From the sequence record NZ_KX832927.1: a stretch of 64,000 nt of DNA. One strand, written 5' to 3'. The DNA comes from a plasmid. A program made the translations under genes and the position numbers. Shown here piece by piece: positions 22,198-31,384 of this stretch. The first letter of the stretch is position 1. Every line of letters begins with the position of its first letter. The notes beneath the pieces were generated by a model, which was not told the origin of the DNA, did no database searches, and saw only the letters and a list, made by a program, of their open reading frames with translations.

Positions 22198-23050
22198 AGA
22201 CTCTCAAAACTTTTTACATAATAAAAAATTGGTTCAAAAACTTGTTGAAGAGAGTAATCTCTCTAAAGAAGATACAGTATATGAAATAGGTCCCGGAAAA
22301 GGTATGATTACAGAACAATTATTGGCTAGATGTAAAAATGTTATAGCTATAGAATTGGATAACAAATTATATCAATTATTACAGGATAAATTTAAAAATC
22401 CTAAACTGACACTTATAAATGAAGACTTCATGTTAACGAATCTACCAGATGAAAAGTATAAAGTTTTTTCAAATATTCCATTTAATATGACAGCAGAGAT
22501 TTTAACAAAATTATTAACTGCACCTAATCCGCCACAGGATATGTATATTATTATGCAATATGAAGCGATGCTAAAATATGCGGGAGCTCCATATTATAAA
22601 GATAGTTTAAAGTCACTTATGTTTAAACCAATGTACGATATTAAAATGGTTCACGAATTTGACTCAGCCGATTTTACACCTAAACCAAATGTTTCTATAG
22701 TAATGGTACATTTTCATAAAAAGAAATATTGCGATATAAAGAAAGCCACAATGTTAGAGTTTTGGGATTTTTTATCGTATGTGTACGCTGCTCCTGGGAA
22801 ATTTTTTAAAGAAAAAACCAAAAAAGTTTTTTCTTATGAACAACAAAAGCGTTTAAGAAAATCTATTAATCTAGACGAAGATGTTACTTTCTCCGAATGG
22901 ACTTATTTGCAATGGGTTGAGATATTTAATACCTACAAACAGTTTGTATCTGATGATAAAAAAAAGTTTGTTATAGGCTCTTATGCCAAATTGTTATTAG
23001 AACAATCTAAATTAAATAGAATGCACAGGAACAGACAACAAAAGTATTAA
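22181..23050 (+). CDS. erm: Erm-family 23S rRNA (adenine-N6)-methyltransferase with a C-terminal extension; erm(42)-like
   Basis: N-terminal KDSQNFL motif, SAM-binding motif EIGPGKGMIT and NIPF motif. 289 aa, AT-rich, overlapping the truncated sul2 and followed by ISCR2. The erm(42) assignment is from memory of the family, not from an alignment. Confidence 0.75.
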   Translation: MERNIKDSQNFLHNKKLVQKLVEESNLSKEDTVYEIGPGKGMITEQLLARCKNVIAIELDNKLYQLLQDKFKNPKLTLINEDFMLTNLPDEKYKVFSNIPFNMTAEILTKLLTAPNPPQDMYIIMQYEAMLKYAGAPYYKDSLKSLMFKPMYDIKMVHEFDSADFTPKPNVSIVMVHFHKKKYCDIKKATMLEFWDFLSYVYAAPGKFFKEKTKKVFSYEQQKRLRKSINLDEDVTFSEWTYLQWVEIFNTYKQFVSDDKKKFVIGSYAKLLLEQSKLNRMHRNRQQKY

Positions 23051-23100
23051 TAAATTTTTTAAAATCAGTTTATAAAATAGTAAAATGTTATAGGAGCAGT

Positions 23101-23292
23101 ATGAAAAAGATAGTTTTCTTTTCAATTCCATTGTTTGGACATGTTAAACGTATAGGAAGAATAAACGCCCTTTTCACCCAAGTCCAACAGCTTTGGACCG
23201 CAGTTGACTCTTTCGACACCCCTGCGATGCAACCCAATCCGGCTGACGGGGAGCCAGCAACGCTGAAAATTTACCCTCCTCTTTCCCACTAG
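23101..23292 (+). pseudogene. Remnant of a glycosyltransferase-like (macrolide glycosyltransferase-type) gene, truncated at the ISCR2 end
   Basis: N-terminus MKKIVFFSIPLFGHV resembles the GT1/MGT N-terminal motif. The frame then runs into GC-rich ISCR2-end sequence. Confidence 0.35.
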
Positions 23293-23382
23293 CGGCTCCT
23301 TTTCCGACAACCAGCACGGCGGATCCCTGCCGCGGCGCTGTGAACGCAGCATTTTGATTGGTATCGTTGGCCTTCAGGCTCG

Positions 23383-24876
23383 TCAGTCAAACAGACCCAG
23401 GAGCAGCTCAGCCGGTGGCGCCCGGCTTTCGGGTAACGCCCTGGTCCCGCTGGTTTCGGCTTTGTGCTTCAGGTGATCAAGGATCTGCTTGATCACTATA
23501 GGGTCTTCAATGCAGGCGATGACTTTCATGGCGCCGCCGCAGCCGCTGCAGGTCTCGATGTCGATATTGAAAACACGCTTGAGCCGTTGCGCCCATGTCA
23601 TCGACGCTCGCCGTTGTGCTGGTGTTGCCGGTTCATCAGCCACCCTGACCTTGTTGCCCCTGCCCCGTTTTGCCGGCGTGACCAACGCCCGGTGCCGACT
23701 GTTGGGTGCGAACACCCCGTGGAAGCGGGTTAGGTTGACTCTGGGCTTCGGTACCAGGGCGGCCAGCCTTGCAATGAAATCCAATGGTTCGAAAATGACG
23801 TGCGTGGTGCCGTCCCGGTACGGCGTCTTGAGCTGGTAGCGCACGTTGCCGCCTCGTGTTAACGACAGCCGCTTCTCGGATACCGCCGGGCGGCTGATGT
23901 ACCGGCACAGCCGTTCGAGCTTCTTGCGTTCATCGGCCCTGGCCGCCACGCCGGCGTGCAGGCTGGACCCGGCTACCTTGCCAATCCCGTCACCGAACGG
24001 ATCACCACTGGTCGGCAGAGTTTGCAAAGTGAACACCTTTCGCCCCGCCTGTGAACCGACAGCGATACGGTAAGTGATCGAGTGCCCCAGCAGGGGTGTC
24101 ATCGGGTCGTCATCCACCGCATCCGAGGCCAGATAGCTGTTTTCGACATCCCGTTCCAGCAGGCCTTGCCGTTCCAGATAGCGACCCACCCGGTGGGCGA
24201 TGGTGTGCGTCAGCTGGGTGAGCTCTGGGCTGGTCGGCGCCTTGACCCAGCGGAAACGCGCTGAGCCGTGGGATTGCTCGACATACACACCGTCGAGAAA
24301 CAGCATGTGGAAGTGAACATTCAGATTGAGCGCCGATCCAAAACGCTGGATCAGGGTGACCGCGCCCGTCTTGGCCACTTGGTGGGTATGGCCCGCTTTC
24401 TTGACCAGGTGCGTGGCAATGACGCGGTAAACGATGCCCAGCACCCACCCCATGATCTCGGGCCGGCTGGCAAACAGGAAACGCAGCTGAAACGGGAAGC
24501 TCAACACCCACTGACGCATGGGTTGTTCAGGCAGTACTTCATCAACCAGCAAGGCGGCACTTTCGGCCATCCGCCGCGCCCCACAGCTCGGGCAGAAACC
24601 GCGACGCTTACAGCTGAAAGCGACCAGGTGCTCGGCGTGGCAAGACTCGCAGCGAACCCGTAGAAAGCCATGCTCCAGCCGCCCGCATTGGAGAAATTCT
24701 TCAAATTCCCGTTGCACATAGCCCGGCAATTCCTTTCCCTGCTCTGCCATAAGCGCAGCGAATGCCGGGTAATACTCGTCAACGATCTGATAGAGAAGGG
24801 TTTGCTCGGGTCGGTGGCTCTGGTAACGACCAGTATCCCGATCCCGGCTGGCCGTCCTGGCCGCCACATGAGGCAT
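23383..24876 (-). CDS. tnpA(ISCR2): ISCR2 transposase (IS91 family, rolling-circle)
   Basis: 497-aa protein MPHVAARTASRDRDTGRYQSHRPEQTLLYQIVDEYYPAFAAL... with the HUH/Y2 core typical of ISCR2. Confidence 0.92.
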   Translation of the reverse strand: MPHVAARTASRDRDTGRYQSHRPEQTLLYQIVDEYYPAFAALMAEQGKELPGYVQREFEEFLQCGRLEHGFLRVRCESCHAEHLVAFSCKRRGFCPSCGARRMAESAALLVDEVLPEQPMRQWVLSFPFQLRFLFASRPEIMGWVLGIVYRVIATHLVKKAGHTHQVAKTGAVTLIQRFGSALNLNVHFHMLFLDGVYVEQSHGSARFRWVKAPTSPELTQLTHTIAHRVGRYLERQGLLERDVENSYLASDAVDDDPMTPLLGHSITYRIAVGSQAGRKVFTLQTLPTSGDPFGDGIGKVAGSSLHAGVAARADERKKLERLCRYISRPAVSEKRLSLTRGGNVRYQLKTPYRDGTTHVIFEPLDFIARLAALVPKPRVNLTRFHGVFAPNSRHRALVTPAKRGRGNKVRVADEPATPAQRRASMTWAQRLKRVFNIDIETCSGCGGAMKVIACIEDPIVIKQILDHLKHKAETSGTRALPESRAPPAELLLGLFD

Positions 24877-25086
24877 GTTCCGCGTCCTTGCAATACTGTG
24901 TTTACATACAGTCTATCGCTTAGCGGAAAGTTCTTTTACCCTCAGCCGAAATGCCTGCCGTTGCTAGACATTGCCAGCCAGTGCCCGTCACTCCCACTCG
25001 ATTGTAAACAAGCACACAAAACCCTTTAGTGACAACAATTTGCAAGAACTATCAGGCTCAGTGCCATGAAAAATACCATGACCAGA

Positions 25087-25311
25087 TCATGAGGTTGAAC
25101 ACGGCTTGCGCCGGCAGCGTTCACGCTCCTGGTCGGCGATCTCGCCCGGCTGCAATGCTAGCTCAGCATCGGTCATGCGCTCCAGCACGTCGCGTAGGCG
25201 GATGGTGCAAGGAATGGGCGGCAGCTCGAACTCATAGCCGCCGGCGATCATTTCGGCCGCAATCTCCTCGGTGATGAAAAACGGCTCGTCGTCTTGGTTC
25301 GGCTTCTTCAT
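25087..25311 (-). CDS. Hypothetical protein of the GIsul2-like segment
   Basis: 74-aa ORF immediately upstream of the resolvase gene. Confidence 0.4.
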   Translation of the reverse strand: MKKPNQDDEPFFITEEIAAEMIAGGYEFELPPIPCTIRLRDVLERMTDAELALQPGEIADQERERCRRKPCSTS

Positions 25312-26015
25312 GCCCTTTCCTCCTGGCGCTCATCCTGGCCGACAGCGGCCAGGGCATCGGCTTCCGTCAATGCGTCCTCCACGAACGCGCCGTGCTGCTT
25401 CGCTTCGGCCTGGCTGACCTCGGCCCATATCCGTTTCACCTGGGCCGCACTGTACCCGGCCAGCTCGGCGGTCTTGTTGATGCTGTAGCCGGACTTGCGC
25501 AGCGCGACAACTTGGGCGCGGCGCTTCGGATCAGCACGGCGGCCCTTGTACCGCCCGGCCTGGCGGGCCAACTCAATGCCTTGGCGCTGGCGTTCGCGCC
25601 TGTCCTCGTAGTCGTCGCGGGCCATCTGCAAGGCCAGGCGAAAAAGCATGATCTGCACGGCTTCCAGCACGATCTTGGCGACGCCCTGGGCCTCGGCCGC
25701 CAGGTCGGATAGATCGACCACGCCAGGGACGGCCAGGCTTGCGCCTTTGGCCTGTATCGAGGCCACCAGGCGCTCGGCCTCGGGCAAAGGTAGGCGGCTG
25801 ATGCGGTCGATCTTCTCGGCAATGACCACCTCGCCGGGCTGTAGGTCGCCGATCATGCGCAGCAGCTCAGGCCGGTCGGCGCGTGCGCCGGATGCCTTCT
25901 CACGGTAGATGCCGGCGACGTAGTAGCCGGCGGCCTTCGCGGCCGTAGTGATCGCCTCTTGGCGTTCCAAGTCCTGCGCGTCGGTGCTGACGCGCAGATA
26001 GACCCGCGCCACCAT
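25308..26015 (-). CDS. Serine recombinase/resolvase (GIsul2 resG-like)
   Basis: N-terminus VARVYLRVSTDAQDLERQ is the resolvase catalytic-Ser motif. The track ORF begins 10 codons earlier, at 26045. Confidence 0.75.
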   Translation of the reverse strand: MVARVYLRVSTDAQDLERQEAITTAAKAAGYYVAGIYREKASGARADRPELLRMIGDLQPGEVVIAEKIDRISRLPLPEAERLVASIQAKGASLAVPGVVDLSDLAAEAQGVAKIVLEAVQIMLFRLALQMARDDYEDRRERQRQGIELARQAGRYKGRRADPKRRAQVVALRKSGYSINKTAELAGYSAAQVKRIWAEVSQAEAKQHGAFVEDALTEADALAAVGQDERQEERA

Positions 26016-26088
26016 CGGCGCGGCTACTGGCTTCGTCCTGCGCATACTTGCGGGCTCCTTTGGGCATACTCAAATGCACCCATCTTAA

Positions 26089-26241
26089 ATGTCATTTTCA
26101 GAAGACGACTGCACCAGTTGATTGGGCGTAATGGCTGTTGTGCAGCCAGCTCCTGACAGTTCAATATCAGAAGTGATCTGCACCAATCTCGACTATGCTC
26201 AATACTCGTGTGCACCAAAGCGAGGTGAGCATGGCGACGGA
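26089..26241. repeat. IRt end of class 1 integron / Tn402 (25-bp IRt at 26089-26113) plus adjacent sequence; 153-bp copy
   Basis: TGTCATTTTCAGAAGACGACTGCAC. The whole segment is repeated inverted at 27443-27565. Confidence 0.85.
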
Positions 26242-26562
26242 GGCTCTGTTGCAAAGATTGGCGGCAGTCAGAGGTAGGCTGTCGCTCTGCGCCGATCAGG
26301 CGGCTGCTGCGAAATGGTGGTTGAGCATGCCCATGGCCTCCGTCAGCGCCGAGGGCCCAATGCCAAAAGCTCTCTCCACAAGGCGCACCTCGCCCCTGAT
26401 GCCGGGCTGCAGGCACCAGGGGCGAGCCTGTCCTTTGCGCAGGGCTCGCATGACTTCGAATCCCTTGATCGTGGCATAGGCCGTGGGGATCGATTTGAAA
26501 CCGCGCACCGGCTTGATCAGTATCTTGAGCTTTCCGTGATCGGCCTCGATCACGTTATTGAG
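26242..26562 (-). mobile_element. IS6100: Partial IS6100 (321-bp end fragment) directly abutting a complete IS6100
   Basis: The sequence from GGCTCTGTTGCAAAGATTGGCGG to ...CACGTTATTGAG is identical to the first 321 bp of the adjacent complete copy. Confidence 0.85.
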
Positions 26563-27442
26563 GGCTCTGTTGCAAAGATTGGCGGCAGTCAGAGGTAGGC
26601 TGTCGCTCTGCGCCGATCAGGCGGCTGCTGCGAAATGGTGGTTGAGCATGCCCATGGCCTCCGTCAGCGCCGAGGGCCCAATGCCAAAAGCTCTCTCCAC
26701 AAGGCGCACCTCGCCCCTGATGCCGGGCTGCAGGCACCAGGGGCGAGCCTGTCCTTTGCGCAGGGCTCGCATGACTTCGAATCCCTTGATCGTGGCATAG
26801 GCCGTGGGGATCGATTTGAAACCGCGCACCGGCTTGATCAGTATCTTGAGCTTTCCGTGATCGGCCTCGATCACGTTATTGAGATACTTCACCTGCCGGT
26901 GGGCCGTCTCCCGGTCCAGCTTTCCTTCGCGCTTCAATTCGGTGATCGCTGCACCATAGCTCGGCGCTTTGTCGGTATTGAGCGTGGCAGGCTTTTCCCA
27001 GTGCTTCAGGCCTCGCAGGGCCTTGCCCAGGAACCGCTTCGCTGCCTTGGCGCTGCGGGTCGGCGACAGGTAGAAATCGATCGTGTCGCCCCGCTTGTCG
27101 ACTGCCCGGTACAGGTAGGTCCACTTGCCCCGCACCTTGACGTAGGTTTCATCCAGGCGCCAGCTCGGATCAAAGCCACGCCGCCAGAACCAGCGCAGCC
27201 GCTTCTCCATCTCCGGGGCGTAGCACTGGACCCAGCGATAGATCGTCGTATGGTCGACCGAAATGCCGCGTTCCGCCAGCATTTCCTCAAGGTCGCGATA
27301 GCTGATCGGATAGCGACAATACCAGCGCACCGCCCACAGGATCACATCACCCTGGAAATGGCGCCACTTGAAATCCGTCATCGTTCCGTCCGTCCAATCT
27401 CCGCCAAGCATGCTCAAGCTTCACGATTTTTGCAACAGAGCC
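26563..27442 (-). mobile_element. IS6100: IS6100 (880 bp, IS6 family)
   Basis: 14-bp IRs GGCTCTGTTGCAAA at 26563 and TTTGCAACAGAGCC at 27429-27442, enclosing an IS6100 transposase gene. Confidence 0.92.
26617..27381 (-). CDS. tnpA(IS6100): IS6100 transposase
   Basis: MTDFKWRHFQGDVILWAVRWYCRYPISYRDLEEMLAERGISVDHTTIYRW... (254 aa from the MTDFK start). Confidence 0.93.
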   Translation of the reverse strand: MTDFKWRHFQGDVILWAVRWYCRYPISYRDLEEMLAERGISVDHTTIYRWVQCYAPEMEKRLRWFWRRGFDPSWRLDETYVKVRGKWTYLYRAVDKRGDTIDFYLSPTRSAKAAKRFLGKALRGLKHWEKPATLNTDKAPSYGAAITELKREGKLDRETAHRQVKYLNNVIEADHGKLKILIKPVRGFKSIPTAYATIKGFEVMRALRKGQARPWCLQPGIRGEVRLVERAFGIGPSALTEAMGMLNHHFAAAA

Positions 27443-27565
27443 CACACGAGTATTGAGCATAGTCGAGATTGGTGCAGATCACTTCTGATATTGAACTGTC
27501 AGGAGCTGGCTGCACAACAGCCATTACGCCCAATCAACTGGTGCAGTCGTCTTCTGAAAATGACA
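27443..27565. repeat. Inverted 123-bp copy of the IRt end (25-bp IRt at 27541-27565)
   Basis: Reverse complement of 26089-26211; the classic In4-type arrangement flanking IS6100. Confidence 0.85.
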
Positions 27566-27887
27566 TTTGGTATCTCTCATAAACGGATGTTTTTGAGAGA
27601 ACTATCTTCGGCCTTCACACGCACGAAAGGCGGCGAAGCTCCGCCGTTAATCCGTCCGCCGGAGATCTCGCCCAGGCAGGCTGAAGGCCGAGCAAGCCTG
27701 ACAGGCCCGAAAAGCCCGGCACGGGCGTCGGCGGCGATGACGGCGGCGGCATTATCCAGGGTTGATGATGGAAGTGGAGGATATCGACAACCTCTCGCGC
27801 AACCAAGACATCGCGGTCGGACTGCAAGTGATCTTGAAGCCACGGGCCCGTCCCACCCCGACATGGACCTCGATGCCCGAACGGACG

Positions 27888-28388
27888 TTAGATTTCGAGT
27901 TCTAGGCGTTCTGCGATGAAGGTTGGATCCCAGCCGGGATTGAAAGTGTCGACGTGGGTGAATCCGAGCCGCTCGTATAGGCCACGCAGGTTCGGGTGGC
28001 AGTCGAGCCGCAGCTTGGCGCACCCCTGCGTTCGCGCGGCATGGCGGCAAGCCTCGATCAGCGCGGAGCTGACACCCCGGCCCGCATGTGTCCGTCGCAC
28101 CGCGAGCTTGTGCAGATATGCGGCCTCCCCCTTGAGGGCGTCGGGCCAGAACTCGGGATCCTCGGCCGACAAGGTGCAACAGCCGACGATGCCGTCGCTG
28201 CAACTCGCGACTAGGAGCTCGGATCTCAGGACGAAGGTCTCCGCGAATGTCCGGTCGATCCGCGCGACGTCCCAGGCGGGCGTTCCCTTGGCGGACATCC
28301 ACGCCGCAGCGTCGTGCATCAGCCGCACAACCTCGTCGATATCACCCGAGCAGGCGACCCGAACGTTCGGAGGCTCCTCGCTGTCCAT
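27888..28388 (-). CDS. orf5: orf5 GNAT-family acetyltransferase of the class 1 integron 3'-CS
   Basis: MDSEEPPNVRVACSGDIDEVVRLMHDAAAWM... directly downstream of sul1. Confidence 0.9.
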   Translation of the reverse strand: MDSEEPPNVRVACSGDIDEVVRLMHDAAAWMSAKGTPAWDVARIDRTFAETFVLRSELLVASCSDGIVGCCTLSAEDPEFWPDALKGEAAYLHKLAVRRTHAGRGVSSALIEACRHAARTQGCAKLRLDCHPNLRGLYERLGFTHVDTFNPGWDPTFIAERLELEI

Positions 28389-28515
28389 TCGCTCCCCTGG
28401 CGCGGTATGAACCGCCGCCTCATAGTGCAGTTTGATCCTGACGAGCCCAGCATGTCTGCGCCCACCTTCGCGGAACCTGACCAGGGTCCGCTAGCGGGCG
28501 GCCGGAAGGTGAATG

Positions 28516-29355
28516 CTAGGCATGATCTAACCCTCGGTCTCTGGCGTCGCGACTGCGAAATTTCGCGAGGGTTTCCGAGAAGGTGATTGCGCTTCGCAGA
28601 TCTCCAGGCGCGTGGGTGCGGACGTAGTCAGCGCCATTGCCGATCGCGTGAAGTTCCGCCGCAAGGCTCGCTGGACCCAGATCCTTTACAGGAAGGCCAA
28701 CGGTGGCGCCCAAGAAGGATTTCCGCGACACCGAGACCAATAGCGGAAGCCCCAACGCCGACTTCAGCTTTTGAAGGTTCGACAGCACGTGCAGCGATGT
28801 TTCCGGTGCGGGGCTCAAGAAAAATCCCATCCCCGGATCGAGGATGAGCCGGTCGGCAGCGACCCCGCTCCGTCGCAAGGCGGAAACCCGCGCCTCGAAG
28901 AACCGCACAATCTCGTCGAGCGCGTCTTCGGGTCGAAGGTGACCGGTGCGGGTGGCGATGCCATCCCGCTGCGCTGAGTGCATAACCACCAGCCTGCAGT
29001 CCGCCTCAGCAATATCGGGATAGAGCGCAGGGTCAGGAAATCCTTGGATATCGTTCAGGTAGCCCACGCCGCGCTTGAGCGCATAGCGCTGGGTTTCCGG
29101 TTGGAAGCTGTCGATTGAAACACGGTGCATCTGATCGGACAGGGCGTCTAAGAGCGGCGCAATACGTCTGATCTCATCGGCCGGCGATACAGGCCTCGCG
29201 TCCGGATGGCTGGCGGCCGGTCCGACATCCACGACGTCTGATCCGACTCGCAGCATTTCGATCGCCGCGGTGACAGCGCCGGCGGGGTCTAGCCGCCGGC
29301 TCTCATCGAAGAAGGAGTCCTCGGTGAGATTCAGAATGCCGAACACCGTCACCAT
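28516..29355 (-). CDS. sul1: Dihydropteroate synthase Sul1
   Basis: [35 protein letters not shown]... (279 aa). The track ORF is N-terminally over-extended. Confidence 0.95.
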   Translation of the reverse strand: MVTVFGILNLTEDSFFDESRRLDPAGAVTAAIEMLRVGSDVVDVGPAASHPDARPVSPADEIRRIAPLLDALSDQMHRVSIDSFQPETQRYALKRGVGYLNDIQGFPDPALYPDIAEADCRLVVMHSAQRDGIATRTGHLRPEDALDEIVRFFEARVSALRRSGVAADRLILDPGMGFFLSPAPETSLHVLSNLQKLKSALGLPLLVSVSRKSFLGATVGLPVKDLGPASLAAELHAIGNGADYVRTHAPGDLRSAITFSETLAKFRSRDARDRGLDHA

Positions 29356-29696
29356 GGCGTCGGCCTCCGCAGCGACTTCCACGATGGGGATCGGGCGAGC
29401 AAAAAGGCAGCAATTATGAGCCCCATACCTACAAAGCCCCACGCATCAAGCTTTTGCCCATGAAGCAACCAGGCAATGGCTGTAATTATGACGACGCCGA
29501 GTCCCGACCAGACTGCATAAGCAACACCGACAGGGATGGATTTCAGAACCAGAGAAAGAAAATAAAATGCGATGCCATAACCGATTATGACAACGGCGGA
29601 AGGGGCAAGCTTAGTAAAGCCCTCGCTAGATTTTAATGCGGATGTTGCGATTACTTCGCCAACTATTGCGATAACAAGAAAAAGCCAGCCTTTCAT
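29349..29696 (-). CDS. qacEdelta1: QacEdelta1 SMR efflux protein (3'-CS)
   Basis: [27 protein letters not shown]...; 115 aa, overlapping the sul1 start. Confidence 0.95.
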   Translation of the reverse strand: MKGWLFLVIAIVGEVIATSALKSSEGFTKLAPSAVVIIGYGIAFYFLSLVLKSIPVGVAYAVWSGLGVVIITAIAWLLHGQKLDAWGFVGMGLIIAAFLLARSPSWKSLRRPTPW

Positions 29697-29812
29697 GATA
29701 TATCTCCCAATTTGTGTAGGGCTTATTATGCACGCTTAAAAATAATAAAAGCAGACTTGACCTGATAGTTTGGCTGTGAGCAATTATGTGCTTAGTGCAT
29801 CTAACGCCTGAA

Positions 29813-30658
29813 TTAAGCCGCGCCGCGAAGCGGCGTCGGCTTGAATGAATTGTTAGACATCATTGGCGTGGCACCAAGCAGTTTAGTGGCTTCATGCTTC
29901 ACGAAGTGAACAAACGCCTCTAACTGATCCGTGAGCGAAGCCAAGCAATCTTCTCCTTGTCCAAGATAAGCCTGCCGGGCTTCAAGCAGCACGGGCTGAT
30001 GTTGAACTGGCAAACGCTCCATTACCCAGTTGGCGGCAACATCCTTCGGCGCGATCTTGCCGGTTGCTGCGCTGTACCAAATACGAGACAAAGTAAGCAC
30101 TACATTCCGCTCGTCACCTATCCAATCCGGCTGTGAGTTCCATAGTTTCAGGGTGTCGGCCAGTGCCTTGAATAGATCGCTTTCCGGGACTGGGTTGAAG
30201 AAATCTTCCGCAGCCGAACCGGCCAAGGCAAGGCTATGTTGCCTTGCTTTTGTTAGCAGAATGGCTAGATCAACATCGGTTGTCGCAGGCTCGAAGATGC
30301 CCGCAAGAATGTCTTTGCGCTGCCACTCCCCGAATTGCAGTTCCCGTCTGGCCGGATAGCGCCAAGGAACGATGTCACTGTGCACGACAATGGTAACTTC
30401 CAAGGCGCGGAGAACTCTGCTTTGACCAGGGAAAACGGAAACCCCCAAGAGATCGACGAACAGAGCTTGCCGCACACTCTCATCGAGCCGTGCGGTCACA
30501 GTAACCAGCAAATCAATATCACTGTATGGCTTCAGGCCACCGTCGAGTGCAGAGCCATACAAATGCATGGCCAGCAACGTCGATCCCAGATGATGCTCGA
30601 TGACGTTGAGTGCCTGTGATAACTGTACCGAAATCTCGGCGGGCACTGTGTTTATCAT
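29813..30658 (-). CDS. aadA: Aminoglycoside (3'')(9) adenylyltransferase AadA-family cassette. The variant resembles aadA7 and its C-terminus reads through into attC.
   Basis: NTVPAEISVQLSQALNVIEHHLGSTLLAMHLYGSALDGGLKPYSDIDLLVT... is clearly ANT(3'')-Ia family but is not aadA1 or aadA2. The usual stop position is ATG here, so the frame continues through attC-derived codons (…MMSNNSFKPTPLRGAA*). The 5' boundary is ambiguous: the track ORF extends to 30712 across the dfrA1 attC. Confidence 0.85.
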   Translation of the reverse strand: MINTVPAEISVQLSQALNVIEHHLGSTLLAMHLYGSALDGGLKPYSDIDLLVTVTARLDESVRQALFVDLLGVSVFPGQSRVLRALEVTIVVHSDIVPWRYPARRELQFGEWQRKDILAGIFEPATTDVDLAILLTKARQHSLALAGSAAEDFFNPVPESDLFKALADTLKLWNSQPDWIGDERNVVLTLSRIWYSAATGKIAPKDVAANWVMERLPVQHQPVLLEARQAYLGQGEDCLASLTDQLEAFVHFVKHEATKLLGATPMMSNNSFKPTPLRGAA

Positions 30659-30750
30659 GATGTCTAACGCCTGGCACAGCGGATCGCAAACCTGGCGCGG
30701 CTTTTGGTACAAAAGGCGTGACAGGTTTGCGAATCCGTTGCTGCCACTTG

Positions 30751-31224
30751 TTAACCCTTTTGCCAGATTTGGTAACTATAATTTATGTTAGAGGCGAAGT
30801 CTTGGGTAAAAACTGGCCTAAAATTGCTGGGGATTTCAGGAAAGTAAACATCACCTTCCGGCTCGATGTCTATTGTAGATATATGTAGTGTATCTACTTG
30901 ATCGATCAGGCTTTTGTATATCTCCCCACCACCTGAAACAATGACATGATCCGTTATTTTCTTTAGGTTGGTTAAAGCATCTTTAATTGATGGAAAGATC
31001 ACTACGTTCTCATTGTCAGATGTAAAACTTGAACGTGTTACGACCGCATACTTTCGGTTGGGTAATGCTCCCATTGATTCAAAAGTCTTGCGTCCAACCA
31101 ACAGCCATTGGTTATAGGTAATAGCTTTAAACAGGAGCTGTTCACCTTTGGCACTCCATGGAATATCAGGGCCATTCCCGATAACTCCATTCTTCGATAT
31201 AGCTACCATTAGTGATAGTTTCAC
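30751..31224 (-). CDS. dfrA1: Trimethoprim-resistant dihydrofolate reductase DfrA1 cassette
   Basis: [59 protein letters not shown]...; 157 aa. GTG/TTG-type start directly after attI1 (GTTAAC junction). Confidence 0.92.
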   Translation of the reverse strand: MKLSLMVAISKNGVIGNGPDIPWSAKGEQLLFKAITYNQWLLVGRKTFESMGALPNRKYAVVTRSSFTSDNENVVIFPSIKDALTNLKKITDHVIVSGGGEIYKSLIDQVDTLHISTIDIEPEGDVYFPEIPSNFRPVFTQDFASNINYSYQIWQKG

Positions 31225-31239
31225 AATTCTTCCTCAGAG

Positions 31240-31310
31240 GTTAACTTTGTTTTAGGGCGACTGCCCTGCTGCGTAACATCGTTGCTGCTCCATAACATCA
31301 AACATCGACC
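31240..31310 (-). promoter_or_regulatory. attI1: attI1 recombination site
   Basis: Reverse complement reads ...CAGCAGGGCAGTCGCCCTAAAACAAAGTTAAC, with the first cassette joined at GTTAAC. Confidence 0.7.
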
Positions 31311-31384
31311 CACGGCGTAACGCGCTTGCTGCTTGGATGCCCGAGGCATAGACTGTACCCCAAAAAAACAGTCATAACAAGCCC

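Noticed and set aside
23464-24893. Several 90-133-aa ORFs on both strands within the ISCR2 transposase region
   Set aside because: They all overlap the 497-aa ISCR2 transposase gene, are Ala/Arg/Pro-rich as expected from high-GC antisense frames, and have no start-site support.
25392-28435. Many overlapping ORFs (for example 25436..25822, 26024..26416, 27006..27290, 27577..28302, 27916..28410) in the resolvase/IS6100/orf5 region
   Set aside because: They are frame-shifted or antisense overlaps of the well-defined resolvase, IS6100 transposase and orf5 genes in greater than 60% GC DNA. The two near-identical 60-80-aa ORFs (26555..26737 and 26024..26416) simply reflect the IS6100 partial duplication.
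30659-30712. N-terminal 18 codons of the aadA track ORF (MYQKPRQVCDPLCQALDI)
   Set aside because: This stretch is the dfrA1 attC site read in frame. The cassette boundary places the real aadA start at the internal Met (MINTVPAE…).
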